A DNA stretch of 64,000 nt from Ignavibacteriota bacterium (GTDB lineage Bacteria; Bacteroidota; Ignavibacteria; UBA10030; SZUA-254). Position 1 is the first letter of the stretch; each line of letters opens with the position of its first letter. The notes below the pieces were generated by a model. That model was not told the origin of the DNA and ran no database searches. It saw only the letters and a list, made by a program, of their open reading frames with translations. The translations under genes were made by a program, and so were the position numbers. This document shows positions 40,668 to 51,743 of the stretch, one piece after another. The DNA is taken from contig JACREZ010000032.1 of assembly GCA_016212665.1 (NCBI GenBank), forward strand, positions 65,566 through 129,565, written 5' to 3'.

Positions 40668-41777
40668 TTACCAAATTCTTTTCCCTGCTAATTTATTTAT
40701 GAGCCAACGAATACTGTTAAGTAGGCGCATGAAAATCAAGCCGATTCTCCATGATAAATTTCTAGGAGGAAATAAATGAAAATCTATATAATCAACCGCA
40801 TTCACGTTTAGCACTCCACTGACAACGAGCGATTCTTCCGTGAAATTCTGAAGTTGAACGATTTCATCGGAGATGTTTTGCCAGTGAGGAATAATATCTG
40901 TAAACATTGTTGATTGATCACCGACAACTTCATACTCCGGATATTTTCCATCTCGCGCCCATTCAAGATACTTTCTGATGATATTCAATTTTGTCCCATG
41001 AATACCTGCCCTCTTGGTACACTCCAAGTCAGCACATACTGCATCAGAACTTCCAAACATCATTTTTAATTCTTTCGGATATTTTTGAGTTTTATACCCT
41101 TGATACCCATCGCTTGCGACGAACGCATCAATCAACCCGAAATGAATTGGAAAAGTCCAAACCGATGAAGCCGTTACATCAGGGACTTCCCGTTGCATGT
41201 GATATTGCTGATGTTTATCGCGGGCAGGAAAACATCCATACACATTCTTCACAGTAAGTGTCATGTAATCAGATTCGTGGCTTTTACATTTTGCAAATGA
41301 AATCCTGAAATCCGCGTCACGCCAGCTTTTCCCAACCGGATGTTTCCAAACCGTCTCTTTACCCTTCGCATCGCGCCACCGGTAGTTTGTGTCGACTGAT
41401 TCTTCCGTGAGATCAACAACCTCGTATCCATTATTACTGTAACCGCTCAACTTCGCAACCCGCTTTACGGTATGTCCATTGAGCCACAATGCCAGAACAT
41501 TTTGCGCTTCGACAACTTTGATATTTGTAAAACCTAATGAGCGAATATGTTGCATTAAACATTCCATCAACTCGACGTCAGTCGTTACAGTCCGGTATTC
41601 AGTTAAATTAGAGAATACCATCATATTGGGTTTAATAACAATCGAAAATGCCGACTTATCCGTTTTACCGGATTTTTCAAAAACACTTTGAAGCGTAGTA
41701 TCAAATTGACTTTTTTCAAGAACATCATTAAGCGCTTCAACTTTATGCTCTTTTCTTGCAACTGCTACTTTGACCAT
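40668..41777 (-). CDS. DUF362 domain protein
   Basis: IKPN, KSH, TLTVKNVYG, SSDAVCAD. Confidence 0.8.
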   Translation of the reverse strand: MVKVAVARKEHKVEALNDVLEKSQFDTTLQSVFEKSGKTDKSAFSIVIKPNMMVFSNLTEYRTVTTDVELMECLMQHIRSLGFTNIKVVEAQNVLALWLNGHTVKRVAKLSGYSNNGYEVVDLTEESVDTNYRWRDAKGKETVWKHPVGKSWRDADFRISFAKCKSHESDYMTLTVKNVYGCFPARDKHQQYHMQREVPDVTASSVWTFPIHFGLIDAFVASDGYQGYKTQKYPKELKMMFGSSDAVCADLECTKRAGIHGTKLNIIRKYLEWARDGKYPEYEVVGDQSTMFTDIIPHWQNISDEIVQLQNFTEESLVVSGVLNVNAVDYIDFHLFPPRNLSWRIGLIFMRLLNSIRWLINKLAGKRIW

Positions 41778-41870
41778 GTTTATTCTCCTATTTTAATTTT
41801 GAAAAAAAAAGTAAACGTATTTTGCATTATCTTCATTCAAATGTTATCAACTTCAAACACAATCAGGTAA

Positions 41871-42416
41871 CTAAAATGGAAGACCGTATCGTACTCCTAG
41901 AAGAATACCTTTATACCCTGAACCGAAACTATATTGCCCGAACCAATTCCCGATTCCCGCGCCGAGTGAAAGAACCGGGCGGTAATCGTCGGAAGGAAGT
42001 TGAACAATTCCTCCTCCGAGGAACAACGAAAAATTCTCTCCTGTTATCAATTTCTTTGCATCTTCATACAGCCCTTTGTATCCTCTGTATAGTACGTTCA
42101 GCGTATCAAGTATTCGATTGTTCAACACATGAAGTGAATCCGACTTCCTCTCAAACGCATCACATTTCTCAATCACTTTTTCTTGTGCTGTGAGTTTCGT
42201 CGTCAATAACGTTATGGTTGCTTCGAGACTGTCAATAATAAAACCGAATGAATCGAGAGAATTCTTTTTCAAGAGAACATAGTCCGTACTATCCATTGTA
42301 ACGAGCCACATTCCCTGTTGTTGTTTACCCGGGTATTCTCTATTCCCCTTTTTTATAAGGATATCCTGAGCATGTATGGTGGTTGATAATAAAATGAACA
42401 AGAAGATGTACCGCAT
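41871..42416 (-). CDS. Secreted coiled-coil protein with C-terminal beta-strand anchor
   Basis: Signal peptide, coiled coil, about four amphipathic strands ending GVRYGLPF. Confidence 0.7.
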   Translation of the reverse strand: MRYIFLFILLSTTIHAQDILIKKGNREYPGKQQQGMWLVTMDSTDYVLLKKNSLDSFGFIIDSLEATITLLTTKLTAQEKVIEKCDAFERKSDSLHVLNNRILDTLNVLYRGYKGLYEDAKKLITGENFSLFLGGGIVQLPSDDYRPVLSLGAGIGNWFGQYSFGSGYKGILLGVRYGLPF

Positions 42417-42418
42417 AG

Positions 42419-42874
42419 TTATTCCTTTCCGTATTGTTCTAAAATTTTGATTGCATTATTAACTGACTCTTCCGGAGTCATATTCGAATATTTGTTTCTG
42501 ATTTCTTCCATCTTCTCTGCATACTCTTTTTCTGCTTGAGTTACCGCGTTAACCATGTGAACTCGTTCCGCATCTAATTCTGATTTTGCCTGTTGATAAT
42601 CCTGCTCAGCGAACTTTTTCTGCTCTAACAATTCCTGAAGATTCTTCTCTGTTTCTTTCAGTGCATCTTCACGCTCCTTGAGCTCTTCAAGAAGGCGTTT
42701 CCGTTTCCATGCTCGCCATCCTACATATCCACCAATGGAAGTGAGTGTGAGCAAAATAAATATCCCCTCCTTGCTCGTTACTTTGAAATCCTTAATAAAC
42801 CAAACGATTAACCCCAAACCGATGAGAATAAAGAAAAAATCAAATACTTCGAGAGAGCGCAACACAGAAATCAT
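42419..42874 (-). CDS. Two-TM membrane protein with C-terminal coiled coil
   Basis: 151 aa; E/K/Q-rich heptads. Confidence 0.72.
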   Translation of the reverse strand: MISVLRSLEVFDFFFILIGLGLIVWFIKDFKVTSKEGIFILLTLTSIGGYVGWRAWKRKRLLEELKEREDALKETEKNLQELLEQKKFAEQDYQQAKSELDAERVHMVNAVTQAEKEYAEKMEEIRNKYSNMTPEESVNNAIKILEQYGKE

Positions 42875-43488
42875 TGTTGACCTCCTTTCACCGGTTCTAG
42901 TTTGTTGGTAACTGACTTTTCAATTCTGCTGATAATATCATGGAGTGGTTCGACACCGATTGACAACGCTATAGATGTCAGGGCAATTCGAACCCATTCA
43001 TGTTCTATCAGGTTCTTTAACATTCTACTGAAAATATCTGCAGAACCGTTCGGGAATTGTGTGCTTTGTGTAAATTGATAAAAGAACCTAAGAAAATCCA
43101 AATACCTCCAAAGCGAGGTAACTAAAAGGAACGAAATGAGAAGCGCCGCAATACGTGAACAAATTCTCACATAATTAAATCGAATCATTTCTGCACTAAT
43201 ACAATCGCGCCCGCCCGGATTTGATTTCTCAACCACGACTTTCCACAAAAGCCAATCAAGTATTTGTTTTGATTTTTCATTCACTCCATGTAATCCATAG
43301 AGTGCATCGAGCCGTATGCGATAACTCTCTGCAAGATCATTCCAAAATTTCTGAAAACCTTTCGATTGTAGTTCGATAAAAGAAATAAATGAAATCAATA
43401 CTTCAATAATTCTTTCAATGAAAATACTAATAATGAGATACAAGAATGCCAGGTACGTAACGGTAGTGACGACATCGGTATATTCCAT
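42871..43488 (-). CDS. Membrane protein, holin-like motif, paralogous to the N-terminus of the adjacent amidase
   Basis: SIFIERIIE and SIALSIGVEPLHDII. Confidence 0.65.
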   Translation of the reverse strand: MEYTDVVTTVTYLAFLYLIISIFIERIIEVLISFISFIELQSKGFQKFWNDLAESYRIRLDALYGLHGVNEKSKQILDWLLWKVVVEKSNPGGRDCISAEMIRFNYVRICSRIAALLISFLLVTSLWRYLDFLRFFYQFTQSTQFPNGSADIFSRMLKNLIEHEWVRIALTSIALSIGVEPLHDIISRIEKSVTNKLEPVKGGQQ

Positions 43489-43496
43489 AATTACTC

Positions 43497-44912
43497 CTAT
43501 GCAAAAGTTGTTTGAGTCTGGAAACGGAGCTTGAATGTTTCTAATGCTGTTTGAAATGATTGGTCATTCTTCCATCTCCCATGATAACTACGTACTTTGT
43601 TTTGAAATTCTTCGTATGGAAAATTACTTCCAGGACAAGATTTATTTGCTAAGGCTTTGTGTGGAAGTATTCCTACAGGATGCACGGCTGTTGCAACACG
43701 TTCAAACACGAGAGGAACTTGATACATCAGAGACCAGAGCGTAGTAATCTTCGCCATGCTCTCTATCTGCAACGGTGTTGGGTGAAGTATTCCCTTCGCA
43801 CCCTTCACGTTAGAAAATGGTACAGCAGGATTTGTTTCAAAGTTACCTTGTAACGCGATTCCCAGCGAACGTTGATTGTAACCCAGTGCATGATTTCCAA
43901 ACCTATCCCATCGGCACAGAATGTGAATCGTTCCATCTTTCATCACAACACAATGATACCCTGTAAGCCAATTTTTTCTGTCAAACTCTTTTACAAGTTC
44001 TGCAAACGATGCATCCGAGTGCATAGTTGTATGATGATACACGATGAGATCTATGTTCACTCCCTGTTGCCACTTGTGCGTATGTTCCAAGCGCCATGGC
44101 CTGTCTCCTCCATCATACGTAAATCCAACTATTTCTTCAACTGTTGAGGGTGTAACGACGCTGGTAGGTTGGAAGAAAACCGATGTCCCTTCTTTTTTCT
44201 CCTCCTTTGAAACGTTTGTTCTCTCCTCTTCTCTCTCGGATGACGGTTCTGTTTTTACTCTTGAAAGTACTATTTTCCGGTTGATAAGAAACTTAATTAA
44301 AAAGTTTACAGGTTTACTCCCCGCGCCAATAATAATTCCCGTAAATATATATTCAAAAATATTCTCTCCTGTAGGTCGTAGTGAAACGCTATTTGTGAAC
44401 TCTGCAACTGACCATTGCAGTAATCCCCAAACAGATATTTTCGAATAATAACAAACACCAACGGCAATGAAAGAGCCGACAAATTGTATCCAAAATTCCT
44501 TCGTCTTTTTAATCTTATTGACCGGCTCATCAGGTGTAAAATATTTTATATCAAACCGTGATTTCCCCTCCGGATAATCCGGATGAATCATGATTTCATC
44601 TTCATCTTTTGTAGAGAAATCTAATGTTTTGGTAAGAAGAGCTGCTTCTTTTTTCGCTTTCTCACTTGCGTTCTTTCTTTCATCTTTGTCAGATTGACGT
44701 TCAAAATGACTTGAGGTTTGGGCAATAAATAATTTTTCCATTATCCAACTAAAGACCGCCATCAATCGTTCAATAAATAAGGAGAGCGAAAGTAATATCC
44801 CCAGAGCCGTAAGCAGAGGAGTTAATGGAACATACGATGAATCTCCCTGTGAAACAGTCGTCGTATGTAGAGTATCAACTATTTGTTTGATAGTATCAAA
44901 AGAAGTTTCCAT
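43497..44912 (-). CDS. Membrane domain fused to N-acetylmuramoyl-L-alanine amidase (Amidase_2/T7-lysozyme-like)
   Basis: SLFIERLM and GIIIGAGSKPVN TM motifs; IVYHHT, GYH, NHALGYNQRSLGIAL, LPHK, KSCPG. Confidence 0.85.
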   Translation of the reverse strand: METSFDTIKQIVDTLHTTTVSQGDSSYVPLTPLLTALGILLSLSLFIERLMAVFSWIMEKLFIAQTSSHFERQSDKDERKNASEKAKKEAALLTKTLDFSTKDEDEIMIHPDYPEGKSRFDIKYFTPDEPVNKIKKTKEFWIQFVGSFIAVGVCYYSKISVWGLLQWSVAEFTNSVSLRPTGENIFEYIFTGIIIGAGSKPVNFLIKFLINRKIVLSRVKTEPSSEREEERTNVSKEEKKEGTSVFFQPTSVVTPSTVEEIVGFTYDGGDRPWRLEHTHKWQQGVNIDLIVYHHTTMHSDASFAELVKEFDRKNWLTGYHCVVMKDGTIHILCRWDRFGNHALGYNQRSLGIALQGNFETNPAVPFSNVKGAKGILHPTPLQIESMAKITTLWSLMYQVPLVFERVATAVHPVGILPHKALANKSCPGSNFPYEEFQNKVRSYHGRWKNDQSFQTALETFKLRFQTQTTFA

Positions 44913-44959
44913 AAGAACATTGCAATGAGTTAATAACTAATGAAATCAAAAAACGAACT

Positions 44960-45015
44960 TTGTTATCTCGTTCCCATGCTCCGTCTACGACCGTAGAGCG
45001 TGGGAACAAGATAAC
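44960..45015. repeat. REP hairpin with nested mini-palindrome, possibly acting as terminator
   Basis: gttatctcgttcccatgctc...gagcgtgggaacaagataac. Confidence 0.65.
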
Positions 45016-45103
45016 TTCACATCAAAAAGAATTGTCAATAGCCAATTACGAATTATCAATTGTCAATTCACCATTCACCATTCACCATTTTCTTTCCACT
45101 ATT

Positions 45104-45721
45104 TTACTGCACTCTGCTCACCGCCGGTGAAACGGTTCCCTTCCCTTTATTATTCACCGCCTGCACACGGTAGAAATATCGAACACCCGGAGTTACATCA
45201 TCATCAATAATTGCAATAGTTGTAGATTCCGTCAGATACTCCCATTTATCGGGAGCAATTGCCTTCGGGTTTTCAGATACTCCCCGCTCCCACTTATAGA
45301 GTTCTGCATTATCGTCCGCTTCGACAAGACGGATTTTAAATCCGATTCCATCCGAATCATCTCTAATAGTGAGCAGAAGCGGCTTTGCCGGCTTTTCTAA
45401 TGAAACACGAGGTCGTTCCCACTGCAAACCATATTCAGTCCACTTTACTTTCTCAGCCGCATGGATTCCCCTGATTCGATTATCCGTTTCATCTGCTTTT
45501 GCGTTTATTTGAGCAGCAAGTTCACGCCCTTCTTGAACTGTTTGACGATAAAGTCGTTTATATTCGGCAGCTTGACTATCCTTTGCTTGCAAAGCATCCA
45601 TATCTGCTTGAAGAGATTCGAGCGTATCAGGCTGTCCATTCCATTTGTCCTGATTCGCTTCGATTCCTTTTTTCTGTTTTTCTCTTCTTTCGTATGCTAC
45701 TCGAAGATATTTTAATTCCAT
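45104..45721 (-). CDS. Helical N-terminal domain + fibronectin type III domain protein, no signal peptide
   Basis: PGVRYFYRVQAVNNKGKGTVS Fn3 motif; RBS aggag. Confidence 0.8.
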   Translation of the reverse strand: MELKYLRVAYERREKQKKGIEANQDKWNGQPDTLESLQADMDALQAKDSQAAEYKRLYRQTVQEGRELAAQINAKADETDNRIRGIHAAEKVKWTEYGLQWERPRVSLEKPAKPLLLTIRDDSDGIGFKIRLVEADDNAELYKWERGVSENPKAIAPDKWEYLTESTTIAIIDDDVTPGVRYFYRVQAVNNKGKGTVSPAVSRVQ

Positions 45722-45802
45722 AGTTTCTCCTTTTTTATATAGTTGTCGTTTTTAGATTTATTTGAAGAATTATTAGAAAATATTTAGCAATTTTACATCT
45801 AT

Positions 45803-46138
45803 TATTCAAAATTTCACTACTATTTTTGGGAATTTCACTCGTGAAGTTCCCAACTTCACGCCTGATCTTGGGAACTTTACTCGTGAAGTTCCCAACTTTA
45901 CCACTGTTCTTGGGAACTTTACTTCTGAAGTTCCCAACTTTACCACTGTTCTTGGGAACTTTACTTCTGAAGTTCCCAACTTTACCACTGTTCTTGGGAA
46001 CTTTACTTCTGAAGTTCCCAACTTCATCGCTGTTTTAGGGAACTTTGCGCTTGAAGTTCCCTACATCATTCCTGTATTTGATAACTTAACCACCGATTTT
46101 CCCTATTTCATTATTGGAGTGGGAAATTCCATAGCCGT
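45803..46138. repeat. 42-bp tandem array (21-bp sub-period) with internal palindromes
   Basis: tcttgggaactttacttctgaagttcccaactttaccactgt-like units at 45824, 45866, 45908, 45950, 45992, 46034, decaying outward. Confidence 0.92.
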
Positions 46139-46513
46139 TGTTTCTCACTGCGCTGTTCTTTTCAGAACGACATTTCTTATGTTTCCTTTTTACAGACAAC
46201 TCCGGTAAATATTTCATAAAAAAATGTTACTGTTTCCATGATTTGTTGGAAAACTGCAGGAAACTCAGGGAGAGTTTGAATACTCTTTCTGAAATATCTT
46301 TACAAAATAATTGGTGCGAAGTACAACATTTCATTGACTTTGTGAAGGTAGGAAAAAAAACAATACGGCGAATCACCCCTGAGGGTGATTTTTTCTCACA
46401 ATGATAGAAAATTGTTAACTCTTTTTCATACTCCTTAGTGGGAATGACAATCTTGGGGCTCCTCGTTATTACAATTCGTCATACACACGTTGTGTTTATT
46501 TCAAGTATACTGT

Positions 46514-46840
46514 TACTCAAGTTGACCGTTAACAAACAATTGTCAATAATAACTCAACTTTGCCGCATGACCGTAAACAATCGCGCTCTATATGTCAAAA
46601 GGCTGTCCAAAAAGTCCAAACAATGGTAGGACAGACATTCCCCTCTGTCGAAATCAATTGATATTCAAAGACATGACAGGCACGTCACATGGTGATGCCG
46701 TTGGCAAATGCCTGTCCTACTTACTTTCTGGACAACCTCTCCCTGAAACAGTCCCACTTAGGGGCTTGTGAGATGTAGCGTTATCATTTATGGTCTACGA
46801 CTCGTAGAGTAACGCTACAGAAAAGCGGTCAACTTGAGTA
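46514..46840. mobile_element. MITE with perfect terminal inverted repeats and TA flanks; nested insertion at 46600-46738
   Basis: TA-CTCAAGTTGACCG ... CGGTCAACTTGAG-TA; nested aggctgtccaaaaagt/actttctggacaacct. Confidence 0.75.
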
Positions 46841-46854
46841 CTTTTAATACAAGA

Positions 46855-46890
46855 AAAAAGCCCTCAACCTTTCACAAGATTGAGGGCTTT
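46855..46890 (-). terminator. Rho-independent terminator of groESL
   Basis: aaagccctcaa...ttgagggcttt hairpin followed by T-run on minus strand. Confidence 0.75.
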
Positions 46891-46961
46891 CAAATATACT
46901 GAGTACTCAAATACTTTGTACTTTCACCCGCCTTTGGCGGGCAAGATACTCCTGTACTACC

Positions 46962-48907
<1,946 letters not shown>

Positions 48908-48979
48908 AGTTTCCTTTGTATAATTGATTATTGAAATATTGCTGAATTTTTAAAGATTTGACAAGAAAGCACTTAAAAC

Positions 48980-49006
48980 TTAGCACTCTCTTGTTTAGAC
49001 TGCCAA
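48980..49006. promoter_or_regulatory. CIRCE element (HrcA operator)
   Basis: TTAGCACTC-N9-GACTGCCAA upstream of groES. Confidence 0.85.
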
Positions 49007-49247
49007 GAATATACGCGGAGAGTTGTTCTTAAACAAATGTGGAAAGTTAATTATTCTAGTCCATCTTACTAGGAGGTTATGAACCAATTCGTAACCTTGT
49101 TGTAAGAGTATTCTGTCATGGTGGGACCATGACAGCCGAGTATATACAAAAGCGTAATGTGCGACTTATCCATTTCCCTTAAGCCACTTCCTCCTGTTAA
49201 TATGTGTCTTTTTGCTGAGATTTGTTATTTTAGTCTTTCAGATTTGT

Positions 49248-49934
49248 TTAATTATTCCTCGATTGGTCGAAGAACTTTATCCCCCATTCAAAACCAACCT
49301 TCAAATCTTTCTGAAATTGTTCATACACGATGTCGTAATTAAAAGGCACTTGAAACTCAGCAAGCAATGCTTCGATTGCAGGTTTCGGATTGACTCCCGT
49401 TCCGTTGCAAAAATGTAAAAACAACACACTCCCCTCGCCAACTCGCCTATCTAATTGTCGTAATTGTTCCGGTGTAAATTGAAACTGGGCAACATTTTCC
49501 TGATCGGTTTCTGTAATGATTGTCTTATCGCTCGAAAGCATTGCCCCGACCACAGAAATAAATCGTTGCTCTGGAGTGCGGAGGAAATACATCGAAAACG
49601 GAACAGTCATTCCAAGGTTCCGTAGCCACGATTGAATATCAGGATTGCGTTGCCACTCCCCTTCTTTATATGGTTGTGTCAGTTCGGCATCTTTATGAAA
49701 TGTAAATTGACAATTCAGCATCAACGCTTCAAGCCATTCCCTCTTATGTTGTGAAAGCGCTATGAGCGATGACCATTTTGAGTTATCCAACGATATAATT
49801 ACTTCAGGAGTTATTCTCAATTCGACAACACTATTCTTCTGTTGAGTTATAACATCAAACGCCGGACGAAACCTTGTAAGATACTCTTGAAATCGTGGAT
49901 GAGTTGACGGAAAAATGTAGTTGATAGTTGACAT
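49248..49934 (-). CDS. Hypothetical protein
   Basis: 228 aa ORF; weak CRR6/DUF1817-like motif PDIQSWLRNLGMTVPFSMYFL. Confidence 0.65.
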   Translation of the reverse strand: MSTINYIFPSTHPRFQEYLTRFRPAFDVITQQKNSVVELRITPEVIISLDNSKWSSLIALSQHKREWLEALMLNCQFTFHKDAELTQPYKEGEWQRNPDIQSWLRNLGMTVPFSMYFLRTPEQRFISVVGAMLSSDKTIITETDQENVAQFQFTPEQLRQLDRRVGEGSVLFLHFCNGTGVNPKPAIEALLAEFQVPFNYDIVYEQFQKDLKVGFEWGIKFFDQSRNN

Positions 49935-49987
49935 AGTTTTGATTGATGATTTACGATTGCAGATTTGTGATGTAGTGGGACTCTCTG

Positions 49988-50446
49988 TTATCGTCTTTCT
50001 CTTTCCAATAACGCTATCCGATAGAGTCTGTTCGACCAGTTACTGATAAAGGGAATAACAAACTTCATCTTACCGTTTTTCAAATAAATAACCTGTACGG
50101 GGATGTATGAACTATCGGAAAATGCTAAACCAAGTGATGAATTGTTGTAAGTCCAATTGAGCGGAACTACTTTGTCATCTATGTTGCCGTACAAATATTT
50201 TTCATTCTTTACAAAACCTGTCTGATCGAAATTGAGCCGTAACTCTCCGCTACTCTCAATTGTATCGTATTGGGTTGTCTTTATCCCTTCATTCACCAAC
50301 ACAATGTTTGTAATTTTCCAGTTTCCGATGATTGGTGAATCCGGCGATGGATTTTCGGTCAACGTTGGTTCATCTTCTGAGCAACCGGAGAGCAGAAGAA
50401 CAGCCAATGCGATGATACAAATTGTTTGTTTGAGTTTGATATTCAT
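49988..50446 (-). CDS. Lipoprotein, lipocalin-like
   Basis: Lipobox LSGC; IIGNWKI. Confidence 0.7.
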   Translation of the reverse strand: MNIKLKQTICIIALAVLLLSGCSEDEPTLTENPSPDSPIIGNWKITNIVLVNEGIKTTQYDTIESSGELRLNFDQTGFVKNEKYLYGNIDDKVVPLNWTYNNSSLGLAFSDSSYIPVQVIYLKNGKMKFVIPFISNWSNRLYRIALLERERR

Positions 50447-50461
50447 AGTCGTGCCCTTGTG

Positions 50462-50941
50462 TTAAAAATGATAGTTGACATTCTGAACAGCTACAGTTGT
50501 TGCTTGCGGTTCATAGATATTAAGCAATAAATTTCCCGTCGGTCGTGAATACATCTGTTTATACAATACTCTCAGTGGAGATAAATTGAAACGCAGTGTA
50601 TCGGTAATGAATTGTCGGCAACGATCGTTTTGGGAATTATGGGACAATACAACTTCTGCTTGCGGCGGATTTGATTCAGCAAAATAATTTAATGCATATA
50701 ACTGGAACGTATGTTCTTTGCATCCACCGCTATAACCCACTCTCATGTAAATAGTATCAACAACTATCCATGCAGTATCTATGGATACGTCGTGTCTCAT
50801 AACATCAGAACTATATAAATCGTTAGTGATTTTTACAAGTGGAGTCTGCGTATCAATTGGAATAATCTGTACATCACTTGAATCTTCACAGTTTAAATTG
50901 AGAAGAAGAATAATAATGATAAAAATATTTAACCGTTTCAT
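50462..50941 (-). CDS. Putative lipoprotein, NigD C-terminal-like
   Basis: MKRLNIFIIIILLLNLNC; YSGGCKEHTF, ESNPPQ, FNLSPL. Confidence 0.7.
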   Translation of the reverse strand: MKRLNIFIIIILLLNLNCEDSSDVQIIPIDTQTPLVKITNDLYSSDVMRHDVSIDTAWIVVDTIYMRVGYSGGCKEHTFQLYALNYFAESNPPQAEVVLSHNSQNDRCRQFITDTLRFNLSPLRVLYKQMYSRPTGNLLLNIYEPQATTVAVQNVNYHF

Positions 50942-51537
50942 ATTTTTTCCTTTGAGATAAAGTTTACAAGTATTCAAAATATCAATGTTACTAATGGTCA
51001 ATGGTGAACGGTGAATTATGAATTGTCAATTAACAATTCACCATTGACAATGAATATCAATCAGGCAAATACCATAAAACACAAAAACCTCCATCATCCC
51101 TTTTGCACCGGGACAATAGAGGTCTAACTCTAAATCTATATCCAACACGAGACCCCATTTTGTCTCAATGCCGGGTGATGGAAAACATCTGCGCATCGCC
51201 CAACCCGCTTTACGATGAATTGCTTCCGTACTTTCCCAATTCATCGCAAGCATTTTCAAAGAACAATAACTACGTCTTAAAAACCTATCATAATTTGCAA
51301 AATATTTTTCTCAATGTCAAGCATAAAATGGAAAAAGTTTACTGTTTACTGAGTCAAATCTCATATCCCACATCTCACATCCCAAATCATTTCACTCCAC
51401 AACCCCTTCCTCATCCCTCACCTCCCACATCCCCGAAACAATTATTAAAATATTTTCATCAGACTTTTACAGACTTTTGTTTAGTCCATTCAAGTAACTT
51501 TTAAGACCTGCTGACTATATCCAATTTCATTGAGTCG

Positions 51538-51705
51538 CTACACTTTTTTTGAGGCATTCAGTATCTCGATAGAAACAAGTGAGCCCTCTTTATCGAAATC
51601 TGCTATCACACCTGGACGTATTTCATCCGAATCATCAATTGTGTTGTCTAATAAAACAATGGAAAGGCTATGTTCCTATTGTTTAACTCTATCGAAAATT
51701 ATCAT
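51538..51705 (-). pseudogene. DUF2283 family small protein, interrupted
   Basis: MIIFDRVKQ*EHSLSIVLLDNTIDDSDEIRPGVIADFDKEGSLVSIEILNASKKV*. Confidence 0.65.
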
Positions 51706-51743
51706 TTGCGACACACAATTGCCTAAATTACTTTAAATTCGAA

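Noticed and set aside
41871-44912. Prophage
   Set aside because: No capsid, terminase, tail, integrase or replication genes in the window.
45806-46038. Repeat-encoded ORFs on both strands (KLGTSEVKFPRTVV)n
   Set aside because: Open frames follow from a stop-free 42-bp unit; no RBS or other coding evidence.
45803-46138. CRISPR array
   Set aside because: Palindromic repeats, but the intervening sequences are short and near-identical rather than unique spacers, and no cas genes are in the window.
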